DNA of 64,000 bases, from positions 2,015,888-2,079,887 of the forward strand of contig CAJINV010000014.1 of NCBI GenBank assembly GCA_905178155.1, given 5' to 3'. The stretch is from Amoebophrya sp. A120 (taxonomy: Eukaryota > Protista > Dinoflagellata). The position numbers and the translations under genes are program-made. Shown here piece after piece: positions 1-12,000 of the stretch. The notes beneath the pieces were generated by a model, which saw only the letters and a list, made by a program, of their open reading frames with translations, was not told the origin of the DNA and made no database searches. Position 1 is the stretch's first letter. Each line of letters begins with the position of its first letter.

Positions 1-3000
1 AGAGAAGTCCACTCCCTTGCTCAGCCTTGGTCGCTTCCGCCTTCATTTTTCGCTGTTCCTTGTACTGTTTTACGAGTTCCATCCGCTTGTCCTTCGGTAT
101 CTGAGTGACCCAATACTTTTCGAGTTCCTCTTTTCGTTTCTCCACCTCGTCGGTGGCAAGTTGACAGAATTTGTCGTTCTCCAACTCGTATGAACTGCAA
201 AAGTATCGTACTCGTACAAATGCATATACAAATTTATTTCTCAGCATCATCATCATCATCATCATCATCATCATTGAGAAATAAAATTTGTAATGCGGAT
301 TTACCTTAATAAGACAAAGATTTGTAATGTAAGACTTGCATTATATACGAATACGATACTTTTGCACAGGATAACTCGCGTCCGTTTTCGAAAGAGCAGA
401 CCTCTGCCCGCTTGTCGAGCCTCTCTTGCAAAGGAGCGACTCCTATCAAATGCAAAAATGTCTGGGTCTGGAAGAGTTGGAACCTGTGATGCAAACTCTG
501 GAACACGCAAAAACTTTTGTTGCGTGAGCGCCAAAAGCTGTCCATTTCTTGGTCCGCAAGTAGGAAGTTTCTGATGCGGGACAGGCATCATGAGGCGTGC
601 TCAAAACCTGTGATGCTTTTGCCTGCATCAGACGCCATTTGCGTGATCCGAAATATGCATGACAAATCTCGTAATCTTCCAGACCCAGACATTTTTGCAT
701 TTGATAACTCCTGACTCCGGTGCTCCCGGGTCGGCCTGTAGCCACTCTTCTGGCGGCCTCAAAGCCTCCGCTTCCAACGCGTCCATTTTCGCGCTACCAT
801 CCTCGGCGTTTTCAGAATTTATGCATTGCAATTATCATGTAGTTGTTACATGGGTGGTCTACAACTTTTAGAAGTCTATGTTGACATTCGCATTTTTGCA
901 ATAGAGTGGCCCGCCCTTGTTGTAAGTACGGTAGAACATCACCAGCATCAGAAGTTTCGCGGGCCGCCTATTCTTGCTGATTCATACCTGAAGGAGCGCG
1001 TGTATAATGACAAAGAAGTGCCATCAACCTCCGATATTAAAAGAATTCTTGATGGCCATGCATCAATTATCGCATCCATGCGTGACAGCTCTAGGTCTTG
1101 TTGTCCTTCAAATCTTGTCGCGTCACGAATTGTATTGTATCCAGACCCGGACGACAACTACATGTGTGCAATGCATAGCGTTGGGATCCTCGCCATTCAG
1201 GTGCTTCACGTCTTTCAGCGCTTTCTCCTCCCACTTCTCCATGATTTGTTGCGTCTCCAGCGCTATCCTGTGCAAAAGTATCGCACTCGTATATCATGCA
1301 GTCACGAATTACAAATCTTTCTCTTAAACTTAAGTTAAATCAGCATTACAAATTCTATCTCTCATGCTGAGGAAATTTCAATTTGTAATGCATTTATACG
1401 AGTACGACAATTTTGCAATTCATAAGCGCGACCGGGTCCATCACGGAATCTTGGGCGTAATAGGTCGACAGCAGCATGGGCAGTGCCTCCTTGGATTTTT
1501 CCTTGACCTGCTCTAACAGGTCGTCCTCCTGATCTCTTTCCCACCCCGTATCGTTAGAAAAAATCGGCCCTCCCCATATCGACAAGGCACACCTCAGAAA
1601 ATTTGTCATGGTGATTTGTAGCCACAAATCGCATCTGTGATGCAAGAAAGCAACGCCACAGGCTCCGCCCAATGGTGCAGGCGGTTTGTAATGCTGTTGG
1701 GCCTGCTACGGCATAGACGTTCCTCATGCTAAGTGCCTAGGCCAAAACCTCTCGACTCCGGCACGATATGGGCCTGCAGTCCTCTACTGCAAGACAAATC
1801 TGACTTGTGGACGCAAATCCGGCATCACAAATTTCGTTTCGATGTGGGGAGGGGGGATTTTTCCTTGTGATACCCCGCTTGCCAGAACCACGAGGCCCGG
1901 GTTTCCTCGGCGTCGATCGAGGCCAGCAGCTGCCGTTCCGAGGCCATCGCAATCTCCCCGGCACTATGAACTGCAAAAGTATCGTACTCGTATAAATGCA
2001 TTACAAATTTTCTCAGCATGAGAAATAAAATTTGTAATGCTGATTTGCCTTGACAAAGAAATTTGTAATGCAAGACCTGCATTTATACGAGTACGATACT
2101 TTTGCACAGCATAGGCACTTTGTCCCCGCCACTTCAGCAGCTGTCCAGTCAAGCGCGTGAGCGGGGACGTCATTGCGTTATGCTCCATGGTGAACTTCTT
2201 CCAGTCTTTATCACAGGAAAAAAAGTGCTAACGTTATACGGTTCTCCTAGGTTGCAAAAAAGCATGACAGATTTTGCCTAGGATGCATGCTACGCATGAC
2301 AAATTCTGGCACGTTTGGGGATGCATTTCTGCATCATAAATTCCGTTTTTAACGTTGTACACTTTTTCCTGTGATAGTCTTCCACCAGGACCCCGTCCTC
2401 GTCGATCAGCAGCTCCCCTCGTTCGTTGAGCCGCACGCGCGTGCCAATCTCCATTTCCTCCCCGTATCCAGGAAAAAACACCCATCCCCAGCCAATTTTT
2501 TGTGCAAAACATGCATAAGCTCCTGCAGGTTTTTTTTTTTTATGCAAAAAATGAATCATGGGGAAGATGGGTTTTTTTTCCTGGATACCCCGACGTACTG
2601 CCACATGCTTGTTTCGAAAGGCCCCCACCACACCTTTTGCCAGTTGTCATCGCTCTGTCAAATGTAAAAAAAGTGTCTGGGTCTCCTGGAAGAATGCAAC
2701 TTGTGATGCTGCATTTGGATTTCGAAAACAATCTGTATTGCGTGAGCGGCAAAGAGAATGCGATTTTTGCTACGCGGGGAGGGCATCTGTCATGCGGAAT
2801 AGGCATCAAGATGCCCTTAAAACGTCTGTGATGCTAGGGCATGCATATGCAGGCATCATGGGTCATACAAATTATGCATCACAAGTCTCAGAATCTTCCA
2901 GACCCAGACATTTTTGCACTTGATACGCTCTCCAGGGTGGCAATGTCCACCTTCGACAGGAGCCCCGGGCGTCTCCCGACCTTCCCTTCCTCGTCTATGG

Positions 3001-6000
3001 CGTTCTCAAATGTTAACAGATTCGCAGCTGTTACGTGATTTGTCACGCAATAAAACTCTCAGCAGTATCTACATTTTCAAGCTGCTTCGCATGACAAACT
3101 TCCAAAGAGGTAGACAGCATCTAAATTATCTGTGCCAGACTAACCTGCACTTAATGCGAAAGGCGCAAAAATCTTCCGCCGTGCTCTTGCACTTTTGCCA
3201 TTTTTGCATACTTATATACAAATTCATGTAACTACAGTTGAGGATGTAACGCTTGAGAACGCCATATCGTCCAGCTTCTCCTGCAACCGTGTGAAGTCGC
3301 TCGCCACCTTGTAGTGGTAGCCGGAGTAGTCCTCGTACCCCTCCACGCCGTGGCTCGCCATCTTATCGTCGAGGAGCTTCCCCTATCAAGTGCAAAAGTG
3401 TCTGGGTCTGGAAGAATGCAAGTTTGTCATGCTTGTCTCGCATGACTCTTAAATTTGTCATGCACATTACCCAAGACCCCCAGTTTTCTGTCATGCAGAA
3501 ACGCAGTTCGTCATGCAGAATAGGCAACATCAAGAAGCTCAGAAACTTGTCATGCTGAGACAGCACTTGCGGCCTCCTCATGATACGCCACCCAGCGTCA
3601 CAAGTTTCAAGACCCAGACTGCCATTTTTGCATTTGATATCCCCACTTGCTTGTAGTGCGCAATCTGCCGCTCCTGTTGTCGCAGCTTCAGCATTTCCTC
3701 CTCGGACAGGTTGCGACGTCGGTCGAAAGCCACTTGGTCAGCATCGCGCAGGTCGAGGGAAATCCGCTTGGCGCTGCCCCGGCTGATCAGCTTTTTGCTC
3801 GTCTTTTTTGGGTGCATATGGGGGCGTCAGGATCGAAATCGACAAAGTTGAAATAGTTTGTCAAGCACAAGAAAACGCAAGGCACGAACTGACTGTCTTG
3901 CAGGAATGCCAACAGACGAGGCCAACTGTAAGAGCCTGTTTGGGGTTTCAGATTCGATAGAGCTGCTGAAGTAGGATGACAAAAGCAGCTCTCTGTGCCT
4001 AAAGAGCATGACAAATTCGATTTCAATGCTGCCAAAATTCGTCACGCGCCACTTGAAAACTGAATTCCAATTGGTATCGATTTTATGATGGATTACAAAT
4101 CACATTTCAACTTTGTCAATTTCGAAGATCCTGACAGTTCCATAGTGCAGTACTTCCTTGTATTTCTTGCTGTACATCTTGTTTCCGAACCAGAACCAGG
4201 TATCCAGGAAAAAACACTCATCCCTATCGAATTTGTCATGCAAAACATGCATAAAATCCACTATTTGCCATGCAGAAAATGGATGGGGATGGGTGTTTTT
4301 TTCAGGATACCAAGCGCCACCGCCCACGAGCACGGACGCTGCGAGTTGCCGGGGGTCGTGGTAAAGCTGTGTCTGCTGCTCACCGATGGCCTGGACCGAG
4401 TCTCGCGCTGCTTCCATGTGCCCGAAGATTGTATCTTCCGGGTTCTCTCCTGCTTATGCATTGGAAATATGTCTGGGTCTGGAGGAATGCAAGCTTCTCA
4501 TGCTCGTCGTCACACATGATTATGATTCATCTCAAAAAATCTGCAATACACGTCGAGCAGGAAAGCAAAAGCCTCTTGCCTGTCATGCAAAAATGCAGTT
4601 AAATTATGCGAAAAAAAAAGCGAAGCACATTCATAGACGGAGCTCAAAAAATTGGCATGCGTAGCTCCGTTTTTTTCAGTGCGCTCACCAGTAATCCACT
4701 AGCATCGGAACAAGAAATTTCCAGACCCAGACATGATATTTCTCGCACTGCATACTGCTCCATGTCCATCTCCCGGGGATCCGATGGTGTGTTCGGCGTC
4801 GTGGACGTTCTATGAACTGCAAAAGTATCGCACTCGTATAAATGCATTACAAATTTCCCCAGCATGAGAAATTATGCGGATTTACCTGAAGAAAAAAATT
4901 TGTAATGCAAGACCAAGACTTGCATTTATACGAGTACGACACTTTTGCACAGGATACGTTCTGATAATCGTTGACGACCCTCTCGACAGCGTCATGCTTT
5001 TCATTCAACTTTTCGAAGTTGTCGTGGTCGATGCGTATCTTGTTGTCGTCGTGATGTCCCCCATTATTACCTCCTCCTGCGCTTTCGTCGGCGTCGGCGA
5101 CATGGTCTTTAATGTCATCCAGCAAGTCTTTATACTTGTTCGCCTGCGCGTCGAGATCGTCTTGCGACGGATTGTATCAAATGCAAAAATGTCTGGATCT
5201 GGATGAAGGTTGGAACTTGTGATGCTACAAAATCTGAATCATGCAAAAAGACAAATCTGTGTTGCAAGATTAGCAAATGCTGCCCAATTTTGATCAAGTT
5301 GCGAGGCAGTTTCTACTCATGCAGGATAGGCATGATAGTGATCTCACAGATGAATCTGTCATGCTAGGTCCTCCATGACAGATGAGATCGTATGCGTCAT
5401 GGAAAATAACCTGGATGACATAGTCTAGCAGCGTCTTTTGCTGTTCGTGCAATACAGATTTTTGTACCATCCAGATGCAGCATCACAAGTTGCATCCTTC
5501 CAGACCCAGACATTTTTGCAATGCATAGATTGGGATGTTGGTTCTCATCCACGGCGTCTTGGATTTCCGTCAACTGTGTCTGCCATCCTACTACCCGCTC
5601 GTGATCATCACTGTCACCTGCTGTCTGCCTCGCTAAGCCGTCTAAGATGTCCTTCATCGCATCGTGTCTGTCCGTCAAATCGTCGTGCGCGTCTATGGTG
5701 TGTTCCCTCTTAACTTCCGTGAGCACGTTATGGAGGCGCCAGGATTAAAATCGTCAAAGTTGAAATAGTTTGCGACGCATAAAATGCAACCCGCAAAGTG
5801 CCTGTCTTGCAGAGTAGGCAAGGGAGGCAGATCGCAAGCCTGTTGAGGGGTAGAAACTGAGCTGCTAAAGTAGCATGACAAAAGGCGGCTTCCTTACCCA
5901 AACAGCATTACAAACGGGATTTCGACTCTACCAAAATTTGTCACGCGCCACTTGAAAACTAGGCACCAACTGGCGCCCGTTTTAATTCTCCATTGCAAAT

Positions 6001-9000
6001 TATTTCAACTTTGTCGACTTCAATCCTGACACTCCCATACGCGTCAGAGACCAATCTTTCGTACTCGTTCATCTTTGCGTCGTACTTGTCAACGTTTCGC
6101 ACTGTCGCGATCGCGGTGTCAAGTTCTTCTTTTCGCGCCAGCAGAGCCCGTTTGTCGTCTCCGTCCGTGACTTCATTGATCAGCGTATCCACAGTAAATT
6201 TCCCGCACACGACGACGTACAATAAATGCTGTCACTGCATGACATCGTCATCATATTCATCGCCATGTAGTGGACACCCGCACCCAGCGCCACAGGTCAA
6301 GGATCCCCTCCCCGGGGGGTGGGCGAGGAAGCACTTTCGGCGACCTCATCATACAAAACTTGACTCCGATTCTAGTTTAGCATGACAGGCGTTAGTACAC
6401 TGCAAATTGGTCGTGAAATTTGTGATGCATCTTGTGCATGTACGGGAAATTTGTACTTATTGCATACAGCGTCTTCATGCTCGTCTGCATGTCGCGCAGG
6501 TTGTGTTCCTTTTCTTCATCGGCTTGGATCTTGGCGCCCTAGAGGTGTAGGTATTCAGTGCGTCGTGTTGAATAGATCGTAAAGTAGACAGACATCAAAG
6601 GCTTGTTCGTGTGTGCTGTGTAGTAAGGCATAAGTAGGCAAATGACAAGGTCAACAGTTGCAAGTAGCCGGACCAGCGGCCAGAACTACTTATCATGGCG
6701 GCGCTGTTGAGGAGCATGAGCCCCTGTTGCATCATCGAACTCAATGCGTGAAGGACTCGGTTCTTCTATCGGTATTTTTTTTACTTGATAAAAGTGTCAA
6801 ACAAGTAAAACGCTGAATACATAGAAATGGGGGGCGCGACCCCACCAGAGGACCACTGTGCTACGCTCGATTCCTTCGGGCATACTTTGTGCGGAGGGCG
6901 AGGGATGTTACAGCGATCAGGACAATAAATTTCAATTTGTTAACATGGACAGAACCAGTGTGAAACGATGGAGTTTTTTCATCGACCGAACTCGCTTTCT
7001 TTACGACAACACGGCCAAACTCGTACGGGCTCCTTAACATCTGGCACTAGAATACGAATTATACTTAGAAATCGAAATCCATGATCAAAATAAAAAAAAT
7101 ACAATTTCGTCCATGTTGCCCTCGCGCATGTCCTCCTCCATTTCTTTCAGAGTTCCAAGGTGCTGCCTGTCCATGTGTTCCACACTGCTCTATGCATTGC
7201 AAATGTGTAGTCTGGGTCTTGAACAAGAGTTCCATTTCCAACTTGTCATGGTGGTGCTAAGTCTGGATCATGCATAAATCTGCGTTGTATGATTACCAAA
7301 GGTTGTCCACTTTATTTGAACAAGTCAAGTCGAGAGGGACGAGTTTATCGTGCAGGAAAGCCATCATGAGACAGACTTCGCAGAATCTGTCATGCTACTT
7401 CCTGCATTTATTGAGACCTCATGCCGCGTCATGGAACACCTGCATGACAAGTCTTGCAATCTTCAAAAAGATGACCCAGACATGTTTGCAATGCGTATGG
7501 TCCTCAACTCCGCAATTTTATCGTCCGCCGCGTCCATTCTATCCTTTTGACTGTCGATATAGTCTATCAACTGCAATTGCAAATATGTCTGGGTCTCGAA
7601 TGTCATTTGTCATGCATCTCATAAAAAACAAAAAAAGTCTGGAAAAATGCACCCAGAAGCATCACAGATAATTTCGCAAGATCTTCTTGATGCCTATTCC
7701 GCGTAGAGGGTCGCCCTTCATTTTCGCCTGGCAAGATTTATTGGGCAAGAACGTGGTTTGCCATTCATGCAACACAGATTTTTGTACCATTCAGTAGATT
7801 TGGCATGACAAGTTGCCACGTCTTTCCAAAAGAACCAGAATCAGACACATGATTTGCAATGCGTATAGCTCGTCTCCTCGTCCGTCCATGGCCGCGTCGT
7901 AGCTTCTTCGAGCGCCGCTTTTTTGATGACGATTTTTTGCATAAGCACATCCAAATAATCAGACTCACTTTGGTCGTGTTCTTTGATAGGCGCGTCCGAC
8001 CCGAGCACCTCTTTCATGTCGTCACTCGTCCGCAAACTGCCGTTGTCTGGCAGCGCCTTGATCCTCGCCAGCTCGTCGTCCCATCGGTCTTTATTTTCCT
8101 GCAACGTTTGGTCCCAGTCGTACTCCTGCGTCATGTATGGATTGTAAATATGTCTGGGTCTCCTGGAAGGTTGCAACTTGCAATGCTAATTCTGGATCAT
8201 GCAAAAATCTGTGTTGCGTGAGTGCCAAAAGCGGCCCACTTTCAACCAAGTTGGCAGGGAGTTTCTCACGCAGGATAGGCGCGATAGATATAGAACTCTC
8301 ACAGAATCTGTCATGCTATGTCCTACATATTACCAGACCTCATGGGTCATGGAAAACCTGCGTAACAAGTCTGGCATTCTTCCAGACCCAGACATTTTTG
8401 CAGTTGATATCATGATTTGCCCCCCCTGGGGGTTATATTCCAAACTATCGGGTAAATTTGGATCGTTCTCCTTCTCCAGAACGTTTGGATGGTTCTCCAG
8501 CAGTGTGGTGATGTGATTTAAAACGTCGAGTCGCTCGTGTAGCTTATCCGAGCCGTCCGAAACAAAATGTTGAAGTTCGGCGGGCATTGTAGCTTTCTGC
8601 TCATCTAGCTGTTTTTGTAAGTCATCTAGGCGCATTTTGTTGTTATCTATCTGGTCCATACAAAACCCGTAATTGAAGTCTTCTCCGTAGTCCGAATTAG
8701 TGTCTCGTTCATGGCAATACGTTGCATCATGGTTCGTGATATCATCCTGCAAATCGTGGATCTCTTTGCTGGTTTCTTGGTAACGTTCGAGGTGTTCCTT
8801 TTCCTTCTCCCAATCCTCCAGATTCTCCGCCGCAGTGTGTTCGAAGTCATAGTTTTTCAAGAGTTCGTATCAGAGTGCGCAACTGCCCCTCCCCCTCATT
8901 TGTCACGCTAAATACCCAATCCACCCTTTTCCTCTTGGCGATGTTTGCATGGCAATTTCTGGTAGCCCAAATAGCGGCACTTAGACTTACACTCCAGTGC

Positions 9001-12000
9001 AAATTTGTCGTGCACAACCACCGCTCTTGCTATATTGCTGCTCATGCCGTACAAGAAATGAGGGGGAGGGGGAGTTGTGCACTCTCATAGTTCGTCCGTA
9101 TGGGGGTGGGCCTCCAGATCCAGGTACCCGCTCTCCTCCTCGCCAAGTTCCGTCTTCAGCCACTGACCCCAATGGCCATCGTGTTCTCGTATGAGAGTGC
9201 AAATACGACCCTAACCCCCCTCAATCCCCCCCTCGTCAATTTGAAAATACAAACTTCTCTCGCGAACAATCGACATCAGCGGGTCGCCGGAAGAAGGAGG
9301 AATGAAGATAATTCTCCAGGAACAAAAGTCCACCTCCACGACGACGATCATGTAGTTGAGACTGCAGCGCCTTTCGGCGTCATATGCATATGCATGCTGC
9401 AGGAGCTCCTGCGCAATCAAAATAGTGGTGCAATCACGACTACATCTACGCGGGGAAGGAGCCGCGTTCTGCTCGTTTTTTTGTAAAATGGCAAATGACC
9501 GCCACACGACCAGCGAAGTGGTGGAGAGAGAGTTTTCCGTATTGTGCTTTCTCATACCGTCGAGATCTTGCTTGATCTTTATGGCGTACTCAGAGGGAAC
9601 AGTCTACACTGGAACAAAAATGATGCAAAAAGCGGAAATATTTTCATGTTGTGAAAAAATCATCGAAATCAACAACGAGAACAAATGCAAAGTCTACCTC
9701 GACCTCCTACAGGTCTGCATGACAAATTTTGTGAGGATCATCTGAACGACGCGGTTATTTGGACGGTCGCAGATTTGATGTCATCCTAGACTCCATGTTG
9801 GTCGCGAGACAGATTGCCAACGTTTTAGCACCATCGCAAATTGTACGTAGATGTACTTAGTTCCACTCCAGATTATGTTCCACCTGAGCACGTCGTACAG
9901 CCGTTCGTGATGCTATTCCCTGAAAATTGAAAACCCCCATGATCCAATTTGTCGTGCACAGTACCCGCCTGTGGTCCACCACATCAAAAATGATCTTTGC
10001 ACTAGTACCACATCCAATTTATTGTTGAATGCAAATCGTGGAGAAGTAGTAGTAGGATGTGTTTTTGTCATCTTCATCATGCGGTGGAAAATGGATGATG
10101 ATGGTACAACATAATTTTCAGGGAATAGATGTCCTGAATGTTGTCGAGAAGTTCCTTGTTTTTCACCGCTCCGTGTATGATGTTGCCACTCCACTCCTTC
10201 GAATCTCCGTCGGGATTACTGGGATCAATATGGTCCAGTTTGTCCAGCGCCTCCTGGATCTTGTTGATCTCCTCATTGTCCTCTTGTGCATTGCAAAAGT
10301 ATCGTATGATCGCACTCGTTCTCGTATAGATTGCATTATAAATTTTGGCAATTTTGTAAAAATTATGCTGTTTTACTATTTATAGGAAGAAGATTTGTCA
10401 TGCATATTTGCAAGAGTCAGCACGACGAGTCAAATAGGTTTTGCAATGGATACCACGTGTTCTCGCTGGTCTAGACCCACTTCCGTGTTGTGGTCCTCCA
10501 GGGCTTGGATCAGGGTGTCATTATCAAATGCAAACATGTCTGGGTCTCTAATGCTAAAAATGAACGGTAGACGCACTGCACTGCGCAGCTATACATGACA
10601 AATTTTTTGGCTGCCATGTCTTACGTATTCCGCATGGCAAGCTGCGTTTTTGCATGACAGGTAAGAGGGCTTTTTCGTGCCTATGCAACACAGATTCTCG
10701 AGTCATGCCAGACAAGCATGACAAACTTGCACTCTTCCAGACCCAGACACTTTTGCATTTGATAGGCCTTCAGGTCTTGCAAGTCCTGTTTGGTGTGCCG
10801 CAGCGCATCCATGGCATCTGGCTGCTGTTATCGAAGAAAAAAAGTTCGTCACGATCACTTATGCGCATTCTTGCAATACAAAATTGTTTGTCATGCGTAA
10901 AAATGCATCACAGCCAAACTTCATTAGGGATTTCCCTAGTGTTTCTGCAATACAAGGAAAGTTTGTGACGCTGAGAAAATTTGTAATGCAAAGCCTGCAA
11001 GTTAGTGACTGTGACAAACTTTTTTCTCTCCATAACTGTTCCAAAGTATGCAGTACAATTTTTTTCCCGCTCATGTACAAAATGCATCACAAACTTCGCG
11101 GCCAACTTAGAGCATATTTTTTTATTACCACGCATTTGTCATGCTGAATAAGCTCCTACGCTAGTTTTGTCATGCGGAGCCAGCATTTGTACGCGTAGTA
11201 CGGGAATAGACTTACTGTGGATACAAAGTCAGGCCCTCCGCCTCACCGTGAAATAATAGCGGATTGGGCGCGTGGGTACCGTCTCCGTTCAAGTCCCAAA
11301 AGTGCGAACCCGGGTCGTGCACCAACCAGTCGTGCCAGTCTTCCTGATATCAAATGCAAATGTGTCTGGACGTCTGGAAACTTGTGATGCTGGCCGGCGA
11401 GACATGGAGACGCGACAAATGACGGGTCTTCAGCATGACAAGTTTCTGAGGTGCAAGGTGTTGTCTGACAGCATTCAGCATGACAAACTGCGTTTTTGAA
11501 TGACAAACAATTGGAACCTTTGGGCAATATCCTGCATGACAGATTCGGGAGTCATCATGCTAGCAGAGCAACACAAACTTGCACTTTACTTCCAGACCCA
11601 GACATATTTGCCATGCATAGCTGGTCCCACCCGTGTATGACGGCGTTGTTGGTCAAGTCCCGCTATCCTGTGCAAAAGTATCGCACTCGTATTGCAATCA
11701 TGATGCATTACAGATTTTTTTCTTCAGGGAAATCCGCATTACAAATTTTTTATTCCTCATGCTGAGGAAATCATTTGTCATGCATTTATACGAGTATGAA
11801 ACTTTTGCAGTTCATACTCCCAGCGCGTTATCAACTTCGAAGGTGTCCACGACATAGTTCACAAGCCGGTGTGTCATATGTAAAAACGTCCTCACATCCC
11901 CATAGCCAAGTTGGGAACCTAGCAAGACAAGTCAAGTCCACAAGTTTTGGGAGCCACGCATGAGAAGTTGCAGTCCGTAGTGTAGTGCATGTTTTTAGCA

